A stretch of 63,452 nucleotides of DNA, counting the filler, from Anaerolineae bacterium (lineage in GTDB: Bacteria > Chloroflexota > Anaerolineae > Epilineales > Epilineaceae): NCBI GenBank assembly GCA_029262755.1. It is 5 parts of 5 records of this genome, joined end to end, with 100 filler letters (N's around TTAATTAATTAA, not from the genome) between each part and the next. Parts side by side here need not be neighbours in the genome. Positions count along the whole stretch, not along the records: positions 2,708 to 26,222 come from JAJCYU010000070.1; positions 26,323 to 44,054 come from JAJCYU010000071.1; 3 more parts are not named here. One strand, 5' to 3'. Below the pieces are notes generated by a model, which was given only the letters and a program-made list of their open reading frames with translations, was not told the DNA's origin and ran no database searches. A program made the translations under genes and the position numbers. This document shows, one piece after another, positions 21,901 through 31,540 of the stretch; the first letter of the stretch is position 1, and each line of letters starts with the position of its first letter.

Positions 21901-22109
21901 GGTGGAGCCATTGGACGCGCACGGAAATTCGTGACGATGGCGTCGTCCTCTTCGCTGATTTCTTGCCCGCCGGTAGCTACGAGTACCGCTACTCCGCGCG
22001 CGCGACGCTCGTCGGCGATTTCCACGTCCGCCCTGCGCTCGCGGAGCAGATGTATGCGCCCGAGGTGTTCGGCCGTAGCGCGGGGGGCGTCTTCGAGGTC
22101 AAGCGCTGA
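15933..22109 (+). CDS. Bacterial alpha-2-macroglobulin (YfhM-like) lipoprotein with N-terminal Ig-like repeats
   Basis: Lipobox-like IATTAC (Cys 16215), YTDRPLYRAGQ, AYRKP, PDNLTTWR, thioester CTEQ (20628-20639), WETTQETAWA, MYAPEVFGRS; true start probably downstream of 15933. Confidence 0.93.
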   Translation: MARAACPEETTMTRIASIGPFYTLQRKRLSSVMLTNERTVALAFCERHPRHGRIEPPSGLRSTAGRSPVAPRRSFALRTTTRFLLCMVLIATTACKQQGQTESTATPTPGSAAAAASPEVIVAARAHAPAPAAPRLAQVAVFPEVDRPLRVVTTQPADGAEGIAVDAETGSVVVRFNHPVVALAEPSEAESSNASSVASLSPPVAGKARWLDTSTWIFEPSEPLRGSTRYEVTLDETLADMFGATLEEATRFGFSTEGPAIRRTAPVDMARFVAPTAAVSITFNQAVDEDSTISALSVRDRDGADVAGTRSLSADGTTLLFRPDDDWVRGARYVAKLEPGALARDGEAAIQTTRSIRFTIAPMPELVSSAPADGAKAVSLGYGGLELTFNTPMDTSAVSVTLVPTITQRNDYWEEDDKVLRIYGEWNASTSYTATVPADARSALGDRLGSERTVAFSLAPMEPRYSMETGGPFGVQSAFKPPRIWFSAVNTPKVGVRLYTLTREELLRVTTDGNVWDFRPTAAKRIRTWDIDTSGGLNQWRTVSTTLAADGRLLAPGAYLVDASNADDNQKTVLLVSPWNLTLKATSDEVLVWVTDLATGEPVPDAAIAVYEQGDRVLAEGRTRSDGMIRAPIVRKGDPWDPIAAVSERDGQVVAAVGRNWNSGIGPWEFGLPYTVLQPGFSASLYTDRPLYRAGQRVYVRGILRRDEDLTLSVPDRSQHEIQLIVSDPNYEVVHEAIAELSDFGTFHGELALSPQAPLGDYRVEARWARRTQPEIVRGDGDGVEDGDGDGDEVEDEEVRTQEGSEQAPEVQEAPDADADANAFTFESSFRVAAYRKPAYEVSVAVEPERVVEGEDIEVVVDAQYFFGGPVVGAGATWRIMADDYLFAPDVPGRWEFVDYDLRQEYARNPSLSVLAEGEGETDAEGRLRIRMPADLAGSALSKLLTFDVELMDADHQAVAGRTSIIVDKADLYLGLRPERYVAEAGEPAVVELLALQADGEPAADRTVTIVASQREWFSVKEKREDGRFYWTSHFTDTQVAEQIVRTDTLGRASTTWTPVAGGVHRLEARGSDENGRSARSAAYQWVTLRGGPFINWRQENNDRIDLVADARSYRPGDTARILVPAPFYGATALLTVERGSIREARVLHLPTNSETIDIPITEDMAPNAFVSVVLMRGVSEEATHPQFKVGYTNLEVALEGKLIDLRVTPDRSAYGPRDTVRWNLEARDAQDQPVQAEFSVALVDRALLALAVEASPPLVDAFYGQRALGVETAASLTESLDRIDQQLVAEAKGGGGGLGAEPGGVVRRLFQDMAFWNPAVVTDDAGRATVDTPLPDNLTTWRLDARGITADTSLVGSATADVIATRPLLLQPVLPRFVVVGDNLQLEAIVRNGTDAERQVEVSLRTVGMEVLDEPTHRVRVPALGAAIVVWQASVPLAGTDLSGPVLADALGEVVVNMSVRELAEDEDEGEDGDEGELGPHDENEAPQGADLLADAVEIRLPAYGFLAPHTVATAGVVFDRETEQIEIPDREQAQHPELEVELSPSLAAASLGGLDYLEAFPYDCTEQTVSKFVPNLASLIALQRLDVDRPVLEAQLRAAVQAHVLKLYGYQLEAGGWGWFGESATINPWLTGYALLGLSLAEEAGIEVRPDVLERAESSVQAYVNRSADGSPHLADRQAFAVWVLAHRGRLAPSRAVRLWERRTELGLDGKAFLAMALADSGPDSAARVAALIADLSGAAKSSATGASWHEGQLDRYAMASDTRTTAIVLYSLARLDPEHPSIDPGVRWLMSARSAAHWETTQETAWAILALSEVMATSGELDTAYDFVAELDGIAMGQGSVNASSLGESVTFNESERLVAGAMMPLQLIKRGSGRMYYTARLRTFPTARDAPPVDEGIVLGRTYHALRDGNSEADGPAIDTVDVGELVQVRLVLIADRPLHYVKLFDALPAGFEAVDTSLKTTSAAALGPELRDMERDEQNWWHRGWWSHWTRTEIRDDGVVLFADFLPAGSYEYRYSARATLVGDFHVRPALAEQMYAPEVFGRSAGGVFEVKR

Positions 22110-22248
22110 GCTCGGGGCGCCCGCGCAGTGCAAAAGGCCACGCGGGCGCCCAAGCAGCAGCGTAGATGCAATCGGGGCAACCGCGTGCGCGATCCGGCCA
22201 ACCCATCGCTCCCGCCCTCGATTCAAGACCGTGCTGCCCGTCGAGCCC

Positions 22249-22992
22249 TCAGCGGTAGCGGGAACGCAGCCGCGCGAGCTCGGCGTCGTCGATCGGTTGC
22301 TCGCCGTCCTCGAGTGCGCGTAGCCACCCGCGCATCCGATCCAACTCGCGTTGGCGCCGCGGCGAGTCATAGCGAGGCGGTTCGCCGGCGGCGAGGGCCG
22401 CTTCGAAGTCGGCGCGCGATCCGTCGAGATCTCCGAGGACGGCCCGCGCTACGCCGCGCCGTTCGTAGGCCAGCGACGCCCAATCGGGTTCGAGCTCGAG
22501 CGAGCGATCACAGTCGGCCAGCACATCGTCGGCTCCCACGTAGAGCAAGCGGTAGAAGCAGCGGTGGCTATGCGGCCACCACAATTCCGGGAGCGCTTCC
22601 ACGGCGCGGTCGTAGACCTCGAGGTGCTCATCGATGCGATCATTGCGCCGCAAGAGCAGCGCATGCATGCGGTGGAATCGCCATTCATCCGGATGGTCTC
22701 GGGCGAGCCCACCGACCACGGGCATCGCGACGCGGTCCCATTCGGCTTGTGCAAGCATGTGCCCAACGAACCAACGCGGCTCCTTGGCGCGCCACACGAC
22801 CACGGAGCCGACGCACAAGAAGAACGCGACGACCAGGCAGCCAAGCCGCAGGAGCCGCAGCATGCGGCCGATGAAGCCGGGCGTTCCCGGGTCGAAGTAG
22901 CGGAGGGCGGCTACGACCGGATTGCCGTCCGACGAGCCGCTGTCCCCTCCCGAGTTATCGACCCCAGAGTCGAGCGTTTCACGTTTGCTCAT
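22249..22992 (-). CDS. Membrane-anchored tetratricopeptide repeat protein
   Basis: TM segment, then TPR-like repeats (DCDRSLELEPDWASLAYERRGVARAVLGDLDGSRADFEAAL). Confidence 0.75.
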   Translation of the reverse strand: MSKRETLDSGVDNSGGDSGSSDGNPVVAALRYFDPGTPGFIGRMLRLLRLGCLVVAFFLCVGSVVVWRAKEPRWFVGHMLAQAEWDRVAMPVVGGLARDHPDEWRFHRMHALLLRRNDRIDEHLEVYDRAVEALPELWWPHSHRCFYRLLYVGADDVLADCDRSLELEPDWASLAYERRGVARAVLGDLDGSRADFEAALAAGEPPRYDSPRRQRELDRMRGWLRALEDGEQPIDDAELARLRSRYR

Positions 22993-23095
22993 CGCTGATC
23001 GTCCTTGAGGAAGTCCTTCGTGATGGATTCGAGCGTGACGCACGGTGGTCGCGCACCGTCAAAGAGTGCATATGCTTCCCACTCCGAGGTTCCCG

Positions 23096-26000
23096 ATGAA
23101 ACGTCCCAGCACCATGGCGGCGATCCCGACCCGCTGTTTGCGTTCGGGCACCGTGCGGCTGGCCTTCTTCGCGATCGCCTTGTGGGCGTGCACGGCCCTC
23201 CGGTCCCCCCACGAACCCCCTTCCGTCGCCGCGCAATCTACGGCTCTACCGGAAACATACGCGCTGCAAGGGGTGTGGGGCACGGCGGTGGACCGGCAAG
23301 GTCCGGACCATCCAACGGGTATCGATTTCGACGATCAGGGCCGATTGTACGTCGCGGAGCCAAGCAGCGCCCGCATCAGCGTGTGGCGTTCCTCTGGCGA
23401 GCGTGTCGCAACGTGGGGCGGCGCGGCGCTCGGCCTTGTCCAGCCGGTGGATGTCGCGGTCGATGTCGGCCGCGATCGCGTGTACGTCGCAGAGCCGGAT
23501 GCCCGTCGTGTTCGGGTCCTTGCTCGCTCCGACGGCAGCGTGCTCGACGTCTACGCGGAGGTGGGACGTCCACGTGGGCTTGCCGTGGACGATCAGGGGC
23601 GATTGTACGTCGCGGACGAGGAAGCGGGGCGGGTGCTTGTGTTCGACCCCGAGGGTCAGCCGCTCGCCGTCTGGGGCGCCGGAGACGATCCCGCCCAACC
23701 GGACGCGGACATCGTCCGGCCCGCCGGCCTCGATTGGGACAACGGCCGGCTGTTCGTGGCGGATCGGGGCAAGCTTCGAATCGAGGTCTTGGACGACGCC
23801 GGGTTGCCGCTGCCAGATCTGCGCGTCGATCTCTCCGGCATCGGGGACGCGGGAGGACTGCCCTTGGACGTGGCGGTCGCGGACGGCGTCGTGCACGTTG
23901 CGGCCGAGCACGCGGTCTTGCGCACGCGCATCGGTGGGACGCGTATCGCGCCGCTGCCCACGATCGAAGAATTTTTGCCCAACGAGTGCAGCGTGTGTCG
24001 TCTGTGCGCGGACGTGCGCGAATTGGTCGCCAACCACGAGGGAGTGCGCGGAGTGGCGGCGCACAGCAGCCTCGGTGTCGCGTTCAGCTTCGCACCGCAG
24101 CTGCGCGGACCGGATCGCATCGTGCTGCATCCGCCGCGCGGCGAAGCGCGGATCATCCCTAGCACGATCTGTTTGCCGGAGCCGGCCCGCCAACTTCACA
24201 ATCCGAGCCGAATCGACGCGGGCGAGATGCCCGAGCTAGTGCACGTACTCGACCGCTCCGGCGGCTCCCGAGTCTTGGACGGCGGTGGTGACTTCTTTGA
24301 CGCAACCCGGGGCAGGGAGCGTGCAAGGGGCGTCGACATCGCGGCCGACGGGCGCGCACCCTATCACACGGCCGTGCTCAGCGGCACGCAAAACGTGGGT
24401 TTGGTCGACTCTCTGCGCTGCTTCCTTGGCTGCGGCGCGGCCGAGGTCGTGGTCGCCGACCCCGTGACGCTCATGCGCCGCAATCTCGTTGGAGAGCGCG
24501 TTCCGGACCTGGGTTGGTGGCATCGGGCGCTGGCGGCGCAAGACGTCTTGGCCGTATTGGATGCCGGTCGGGGACGCGTCGTGCTTCGACAGGGCTTTCC
24601 GTGCGGCTCGCAGATTCCATTCTGCACGGACCGCTCGTGCATCGCATCGCAGTCGTGTCCGGTCAACCCTGTGGAGCGAGCGCTCATCGGGGGCGTGAGC
24701 CTCGGTGCGGCGCGCGATGCGGTGAAGGCGTATTCGGATCTTGCCTACGACGGCCGGGGCACCCTGTGGGTCTTGGCACGCGACGGAGCCGTACGAGGCA
24801 TCGACACCTTCGGCCGAGATGCGGGCGACACGCGGCTGGAGGGGTGGGGCAGGCGCGGCGCCGAGGCGCTCGCCGCCGACAGCACTGCGTTCTACGTGTT
24901 GGATCAGCGCGGAGATGCCTACAAATTCGATCAGCAAGGTGGGCTCCTTGCTGCCTGGCGCCCTGCGTTGGACGCGGGGCCGGGCGTGTACCAAGACATC
25001 GCGGTTGCGCCGGATGGACGTGTGATGATCGTGGATAGTGCAGGCGATCGCGTCGTGGTCTACGGGCAGGCTATAGGCCCCGCGGAACCGCCAAACCCTG
25101 CGGGGGCCGCTGCCTGCACGCCGCTGTTGGACAAGCAAGCAAGCCCGTCCGAGCTGCTCGTAGGCGAAAGCGCCGAGTTGACGCTGTCGCTCACGGTCCG
25201 GTGTCAGCCCAAGGACATCGTGATCGCGGTGGACGGGAGCTGCCAGATGAGCGGCGACCGGCTTGCCGCGGCGCGCGCGGCCGCCGGCGCGTTGATCGAG
25301 GAACTCGACACCGATCGGGATCGGGTCGCAATCGCCCTCTTCGACGATCGGCCGGGCGTCTGGACCGTGCTCGCTCCTCTTGGCGCCGACGTGGAGGCGC
25401 TCCGAGACGCGGCCGCCGGCATTCCAACGGCGTGCCGTCCGGTGCAGCTCTTCCCCGATCGGCGCAACGACGCCCGCAACGCAGAGGGACTGCGTGCAGG
25501 GCGGATGTTACTTGGAGGACCGGAATCGCGAAGCGACGCGCAGAAGCATCTGCTCTTGGTTTCGGCCAGCACCATCGACCGGGAACTGGTCGAGGCGCTG
25601 CACGGAAGGCGGCTCGCGAACCAGCGTTTGCCGGAGGTCGAAGACCGGACGCACGCGCTATTCGAAGCGCGCGCGCTGTGGTCCTCGGGCGTACACATTC
25701 ACACCGCCGCGCTGGGCATGCCCGACCGCCCACTGGGCCCCCCGCCGGATCCGACACCGGATCTGCAGTCGAGCCAGCCGCCGGATGAGGGTCTGTTGGC
25801 CGCGCTGGCGTTGCCACCGTCTGCTCACCTGGTTGCCGATCCACCCCACCGACTCGCCGAGCAGTGGCGCGCCTTGGCCAGGGGCTGGCGCACCGGGAAC
25901 GCGCTGGACGCCGTGGCGATCGAGGACCGACTACCCGATGACATGCTGTTTGTGCCAGGCAGCGATCGCCCCACGGGCATGCGTGTCTCCGACGGTGTGC

Positions 26001-26222
26001 GCTGGGAGATCGGCCGCGTCGGCGACGGTGAACGAATCACACGCACGTTGCGGGTGACGGCGACACGCGCCGGCCTGCGTCCAACCAACACGGAGGCGCG
26101 AGCCTCGTGGAGCCACGACGGCGGCGCGGTGCACGAGGCGTTGTTCCCGGTTCCGCACGTCCTGGTGCGCGAACCCGCGCCGAGCGCGACCCCGACCCCG
26201 CGCACCACGGCATCGGCCACGG
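23096..26222 (+). CDS. Exported NHL/beta-propeller + vWA + DUF11-like protein, 3'-truncated in Pro/Thr linker
   Basis: NHL repeats (PTGIDFDDQGRLYVAE, PRGLAVDDQGRLYVAD), vWA DIVIAVDGSCQM, IEDRLPDDMLFVPGS Ig-like domain, ends PAPSATPTPRTTASAT at gap; start uncertain. Confidence 0.8.
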
Positions 26223-26322
26223 NNNNNNNNNNNNNNNNNNNNNNNNNNNNNNNNNNNNNNNNNNNNTTAATTAATTAANNNNNNNNNNNNNNNNNNNNNN
26301 NNNNNNNNNNNNNNNNNNNNNN
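26223..26322. other. Artificial contig spacer
   Basis: N44-TTAATTAATTAA-N44. Confidence 0.98.
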
Positions 26323-27145
26323 TGCGCCCGAAGGTGCGGATGCCGCGCTCGCACAGGATGACGCGATCGTTGCCGCCCTTGAGGATGTACTCGGCCGCCA
26401 GCAACCATTCTTCCAAGGTTGCCGACAATCCGCGCTTGAGCATGACGGGCTTGTCGATGTCGCCCAGTGCGCGCAGCAGCGGGAAGTTCTGCATGTTGCG
26501 CGCGCCGACCTGAAAGGCGTCCACGTGCGGGTACATGGGCTCCACGAGCGCGGGATCCATAACCTCTGTGATCACGGGTAGCCCGGTTTCCTCACGGGCC
26601 TCGGACAAGAGCTCAAGCCCGTGCATGCCCAATCCCTGGAAGTCGTAGGGGGAGGTCCGCGGCTTGAACGCGCCGCCGCGCAGCACCGCCGCCCCGCGCG
26701 CCCGGCAGGCACGCGCGATCGTAAGCAGCTGTTCGCGACTCTCCACCGCGCACGGGCCGGCCATCACGGCCACGGTCTCGCCGCCGAAGGGCACGCCGCC
26801 GATCCAAACCTGGCTCCCGTCCGGCCGCACGTCCTTGCGCACCAATCGGTATCGGGTATCGACCACGATCAACCGCTCGATGGCCGCATGACCCTCGAGC
26901 AAGCGCGTCGCACCCGCGGCATCGACGCCCTCGAGCATGACGACGCCGGGCCCGGAGTCGTACGCGGACGCTTCTAGATCTCGTGTCCGCAGGCCCTCGA
27001 CGAGCATGCGCACCTCGCGCTCCGTAGCGCCGCCGGCGATGACGGCCAGCACGATGTCATCGCCCGCGATAGCGCCCGGGGCGGCACGATGACCATTGCG
27101 CCCCGCAGGGCTTAAGACGTTGACGGCGTGGCTGTGATCGCTCAC
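26323..27145 (-). CDS. aroF: 3-deoxy-7-phosphoheptulonate (DAHP) synthase, class I-beta, 3'-truncated
   Basis: [54 protein letters not shown] before GTG. Confidence 0.95.
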
Positions 27146-27199
27146 GGTGAAGCCTCCTTGACGACGACTTTCCGGAGCTTCGGAGCCGTCGCGGGCCCC

Positions 27200-27228
27200 A
27201 CTATAAGGTATTGCAAGGTAGAGGTCAA
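27200..27228 (-). promoter_or_regulatory. Sigma70-type promoter for aroF
   Basis: TTGACC (27228-27223), 17-nt spacer, TATAGT (27205-27200). Confidence 0.7.
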
Positions 27229-27552
27229 GAGCTTGGATTGGACCGGGTTTGGACCGCTAGAAACAGGAGAAAGGGCGGTTCCGGTCGCCCGCGAAACTAC
27301 CCCTAATGTGGGCTGCAATGGGGCCGGTCGCGCTCGACCCGCACACCTGCGGGCCGCCCCAGCATCGATCCACGATACGACCGTGGCCTGATACCGGGCT
27401 CGCGCGAGAGCCAACCTGAGGTCCCGCGCCGGGAACCACCCACCCTCCGGACGCGTTCCATCGCGATGCCGGTGGATCTTGAACTTCGACGGACCGCACG
27501 CTGCCCGCCGGCAACGACCTCCGCGTGCGGCCCATGGAGGGAGGGAAACGCC

Positions 27553-29514
27553 ATGAGACCCGTTCGCATCACATTCCGTATGACGAATCCGCCGGCTCGC
27601 TCGAAGCGTCTCGAACGCCTTGTTACAAGCTCCGGCATCCGCATCGTGGCGGCAGTGCTGCTCGCGATCGGCGTGGGCGCCTGTGCCGGCAGCCAGACCG
27701 AAGAGAGCCACAAGCGCAGTTCACCGCCACCTGCGGCATACAGCGTGGCACCGACGTCGGGAGAAACGCACGCACCGTCCTCAGCCGCAATCCCGAGTGA
27801 CGGCAGGGCCGACGCGGTCGCAAACATAGGGCGCGCAGCAGCAGAAGCCGAAGCCGAAGCCGATTCTGATGCAGGCTCCAGCTCCGGCCTTGGCATCGAC
27901 CAATCCCACTACGGCGACATTGCCGAATCTGATGATGCTTCCGAAGAGGGCGAGGTTGATGCACGCGCCTCCGTCGGTCAACGAAGAGCAGACTCGTCAT
28001 CCGTATCTCCACCCGCTGCTGCACCGCAAGCCTACGATCGCGAGGAGGTCAGGCGGCCACCCGCTCCCCGCGACATGGGATTCACGGACGCCGGCGTAAA
28101 CCCGTGGCAGCGGACCGAGCGCGACGCGCTCTCGACTTTCGCGGTGGACGTCGACACGGGCAGCTATCCGATCGCGCGGAGCTACATCCAAGATGGGCAC
28201 CTGCCGCCGGTCGAGGCCGTGCGCGCCGAGGAAGTTCTCAACTACTTCGACGCGGCCTACGACTATGCGGCGCCGCGGCGCGGGACCTTCGCCGTGCACG
28301 TCGACGGCGCGCCATCGCCCTTCGCGCCGGGCGAGACGATCTTGCGCGTGGGCGTCAAGGGCAAAGAGATCGACGAGCGTCGCCGATCGCCGCTGGCGCT
28401 AACCCTCGTCATCGATGTGTCGGGTTCGATGGAAGGCGGCGGGCGGCTGGAGCTGTTGAAGGACGGGCTCGACGAGATGCTCGACGAGCTGAAGGATGGC
28501 GACAGCCTCGCGATCGTCGCCTACAGCAACTCAGCCTGGGTCGCGCTGCAACGTACGGATATGGGCGGTCGAGAAGGGCCACGCGCCGCCCGCCGCGCGC
28601 TGCGCCAGCTGCGCCCGATGGAGTCGACGAACGCCGAGGCGGGTTTGGTCCTCGGCTACGACCTGGCCGATGCCGGCTGGCGCGAGGACGCCGTGAACCG
28701 CGTCGTCCTCGCAAGCGACGGCGTGGCGAACGTGGGCGCGACCGGACCCGGCACGCTGCTCGATCGAATCGGCGATTCCGTGCGACGCGATATCACCTTG
28801 ACTGCGATCGGCGTCGGCATGGGCAACTACAACGACGCGATACTCGAGCAGCTGGCGGACCGCGGCGACGGCACGTACCACTACATCGACGACCTGGCCG
28901 AAGCGCGCCGCGTTCTGGTGGATCGGCTCGTTGCGACCATGCAGCCGATCGCGCTCGATGCGAAGGTGCAGGTTGCGTTCGAGCCGGAGGCCGTCCGCGC
29001 GTGGCGCCTAGTCGGATACGAGAATCGCGATGTAGCGGATCGCGACTTCCAGAATGACAACGTAGACGCCGGCGAGATCGGGGCCGGCCAGAGCGCGACC
29101 GCCCTCTATGCCCTGGAGCTGGCTCCGAATGCCCGTGGCCGGCTCGCGACGGTCCGCGTGCGCTGGCAAGACCCCGAAGGTGGCGAGACCGCAGAGATCG
29201 AGGAAGAGGCTTCGCTCCGGGACGTAGCCGCCGAGTTCGACCATGGTTCCAACGGCCTGCGCCTGGCAACCGCCGCGGCCGCGTTCGCCGAGCTGCTACG
29301 CGACGGACCATGGGCCAAGAGCGCCCGCTTCGAAGACGTCGCGGATATCGCATTCGGGATCGCGAACGATCAGGACGATGCCGACTACGACGCGGTCGAT
29401 GAACTCGCCCGTCTCGCCGATGAGGCGGGTTGGCTGCGCGATGGCGTCGGCTACGGCGGTCGCGAAGGGGAGCGCAGAGCACACGGCTCCGGCGGGCGGC
29501 GCGGCGACCGGTAG
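27553..29514 (+). CDS. YfbK-like vWA lipoprotein (vWF-A N-term + vWA + DUF3520)
   Basis: Lipobox-like IGVGAC, LSTFAVDVDTGSY, VRAEEVLNYF, IDVSGSM MIDAS, SDGVANVG, RLVGYENR...DAGEIGAG. Confidence 0.9.
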   Translation: MRPVRITFRMTNPPARSKRLERLVTSSGIRIVAAVLLAIGVGACAGSQTEESHKRSSPPPAAYSVAPTSGETHAPSSAAIPSDGRADAVANIGRAAAEAEAEADSDAGSSSGLGIDQSHYGDIAESDDASEEGEVDARASVGQRRADSSSVSPPAAAPQAYDREEVRRPPAPRDMGFTDAGVNPWQRTERDALSTFAVDVDTGSYPIARSYIQDGHLPPVEAVRAEEVLNYFDAAYDYAAPRRGTFAVHVDGAPSPFAPGETILRVGVKGKEIDERRRSPLALTLVIDVSGSMEGGGRLELLKDGLDEMLDELKDGDSLAIVAYSNSAWVALQRTDMGGREGPRAARRALRQLRPMESTNAEAGLVLGYDLADAGWREDAVNRVVLASDGVANVGATGPGTLLDRIGDSVRRDITLTAIGVGMGNYNDAILEQLADRGDGTYHYIDDLAEARRVLVDRLVATMQPIALDAKVQVAFEPEAVRAWRLVGYENRDVADRDFQNDNVDAGEIGAGQSATALYALELAPNARGRLATVRVRWQDPEGGETAEIEEEASLRDVAAEFDHGSNGLRLATAAAAFAELLRDGPWAKSARFEDVADIAFGIANDQDDADYDAVDELARLADEAGWLRDGVGYGGREGERRAHGSGGRRGDR

Positions 29515-29572
29515 GAGACCCTAGCGACGGCCGCGATGGATCCGCAACACCGACATGATTGACTAGACAACC

Positions 29573-29607
29573 AACAGGGCCCCGGCAGCGTTGCCGGGGC
29601 CCCTGTT
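29573..29607 (+). terminator. GC-rich hairpin, probable terminator after the vWA gene
   Basis: AACAGGGCCCCGGCA / TGCCGGGGCCCCTGTT inverted repeat with one bulge. Confidence 0.6.
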
Positions 29608-29769
29608 CGTCCAATCCCCTTGCGACCCCATCCGGATTGATCCCTCGATCCACGCGGGGTATGCTGCGAGAGCCAAGCAGGCACGGGGAATCGCGCCTGC
29701 CTTTCGCACCTGCCTTTCGCGCCCGAGTCTCAATGGACGGGTCGCCGCGCCCCAACGGAGCACTACCCC

Positions 29770-30489
29770 ATGGACGATCGCTCGTTTGAACGCTTCGGCG
29801 GTTGGTGCGCGGCGGGCGCGGGCCTAGCCTCGCTGGCCTTCGCACTGCGCGCCGCGTACGTCGGCTTTGTCTTGCCGAATTTTGGTATGGTGAGGACGAT
29901 CGTCTCGCTCTCCTCCGATCCCGTGGCCGGCGCCATGATGGCCGCACAAGGTCTCCTGACGACCACGGCCATCCTTGCCCTCTTCTGGCGGCTGCGTAGC
30001 GCGGGCCGCGTTTGGTCGCTTTGGGGTGGCGGTCTCGGCTTCGTGGGCGCGGTGATGGGGGCTGCACACGGCGTGTACACGATGGTCGCCGGCCCGGCCC
30101 TCCTCGCCCAATGGCATTCCGCCGACGAAGCGCGGCAGGCGGCAACATCCGTCGTGAGCTACTTGCCCACCGCCATCGATCCACGCGGGCTCGGCAGCCT
30201 GCTGCTGGTCGGCCTCTCGGTGTTCGTCGCCTCGCGCCTTGCGCTCGCCGACGAGGCCGCGCCGCAGGATCGCCGGCGTGGCTTCGCGGGTATCGGCTTG
30301 CTGGGAGCCGCCTACGCGACGGCTCTCGTCCTGCTATTCATCTTGGGCCTGATCGGCATGCCCGCCCCGCGCGCGGTGCTTGGCGGCCTGACCTTCGGCC
30401 TGCTCGGCCCCGCCTTCTGGTGGCATACGGGGCGCATGTTGTTGGCGGGAGTACCACCCCGCGCCGTTCCGCGGCTCAGCCTGAGCTGA
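29770..30489 (+). CDS. Hypothetical multi-pass membrane protein
   Basis: About six hydrophobic helices; GGAG before ATG; co-oriented with fdhD. Confidence 0.7.
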   Translation: MDDRSFERFGGWCAAGAGLASLAFALRAAYVGFVLPNFGMVRTIVSLSSDPVAGAMMAAQGLLTTTAILALFWRLRSAGRVWSLWGGGLGFVGAVMGAAHGVYTMVAGPALLAQWHSADEARQAATSVVSYLPTAIDPRGLGSLLLVGLSVFVASRLALADEAAPQDRRRGFAGIGLLGAAYATALVLLFILGLIGMPAPRAVLGGLTFGLLGPAFWWHTGRMLLAGVPPRAVPRLSLS

Positions 30490-30523
30490 GCACGCACGTG
30501 GTTCCAGCGACGAACGTGATTCC

Positions 30524-31396
30524 GTGATGCCTGCCGACGCGGCCTCGAGCCCCGATCGGGCCCGGCGTGCCGTGTCCCTGCGCACCATCGACGGCGCGTG
30601 CAACGTCAACCGCGACGATCTCGTGGTCGTCGAGGAGCCGCTCGAGATCCGCCTGGCCGTCGGCGCGGCACCGCCCGAGCCGCTGATGGTCACTATGCGC
30701 ACGCCGGGTCGGCCGACGGACTTCGAGCTGGCGCTCGGGCTGCTATGGGCCGAGGGAGTCTGGACGGATACGGTGTTCCGACCCACGGTTGGCTACTGCT
30801 TGGATCCCGACCTCAGCGCGGAACAACACTACAACGTCGTGACCGTGACGTTGCCCGATGGTTCTCTCTTCGACCGTACTCGGCTCGCGCGGTCATTCGC
30901 GGCGACTAGCGCCTGTGGGGTCTGCGGCAAGACGACGCTCGACCAACTCGCGTTGGAGGATCGTTCGGCCATCGATCCGGAGAGCGGACCGCGAATCTCC
31001 CGCACGCAGCTCTACGCGCTCCCGGACCGACTGCGCGCCGCACAAGGCGTCTTTCGGGACACGGGCGGCCTTCACGCCGCCGGGCTCTTCGATGCGGACG
31101 GATGTCTGCTTGCGGCGCGCGAGGATGTCGGGCGCCACAATGCCGTGGACAAGCTCGTCGGGTGGGCGCTCGAGCAACGCCTGCTCCCGCTACGCGACGT
31201 CGTGCTCGTGGTGAGCGGTCGCGCGGGCTACGAGATCCTGCAGAAAGCGCTGGCCGCCGGCATCCCGATCGTGGCCAGCGTTTCGGCGCCCACGAGCCTC
31301 GCCGTGGATCTCGCGGAGCGCTTCGGCCTCACGCTCGTCGGATTCCTACGTGAACAGCGCGCGAACGTGTACGCCGGAGGCGGGCGGATCACCTGA
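30524..31396 (+). CDS. fdhD: Formate dehydrogenase accessory sulfurtransferase FdhD
   Basis: EEPLEI, MRTPG, SACGVCGK, TGGLHAA, EDVGRHNAVDK, SAPTSLAV. Confidence 0.96.
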   Translation: MMPADAASSPDRARRAVSLRTIDGACNVNRDDLVVVEEPLEIRLAVGAAPPEPLMVTMRTPGRPTDFELALGLLWAEGVWTDTVFRPTVGYCLDPDLSAEQHYNVVTVTLPDGSLFDRTRLARSFAATSACGVCGKTTLDQLALEDRSAIDPESGPRISRTQLYALPDRLRAAQGVFRDTGGLHAAGLFDADGCLLAAREDVGRHNAVDKLVGWALEQRLLPLRDVVLVVSGRAGYEILQKALAAGIPIVASVSAPTSLAVDLAERFGLTLVGFLREQRANVYAGGGRIT

Positions 31397-31540
31397 CCGA
31401 GGAACGCGAGCCCGATGCCGGTTCGCGACCCATCGACGTCGAAGTAGGCCTCGATCGCGCGACGGCCAACTCGTTGGTGAGAATTCGAACCCACTCGCCT
31501 GGGAGTCGGCGACCGAAGAACGTCGAACGCAGCGCCCCGC

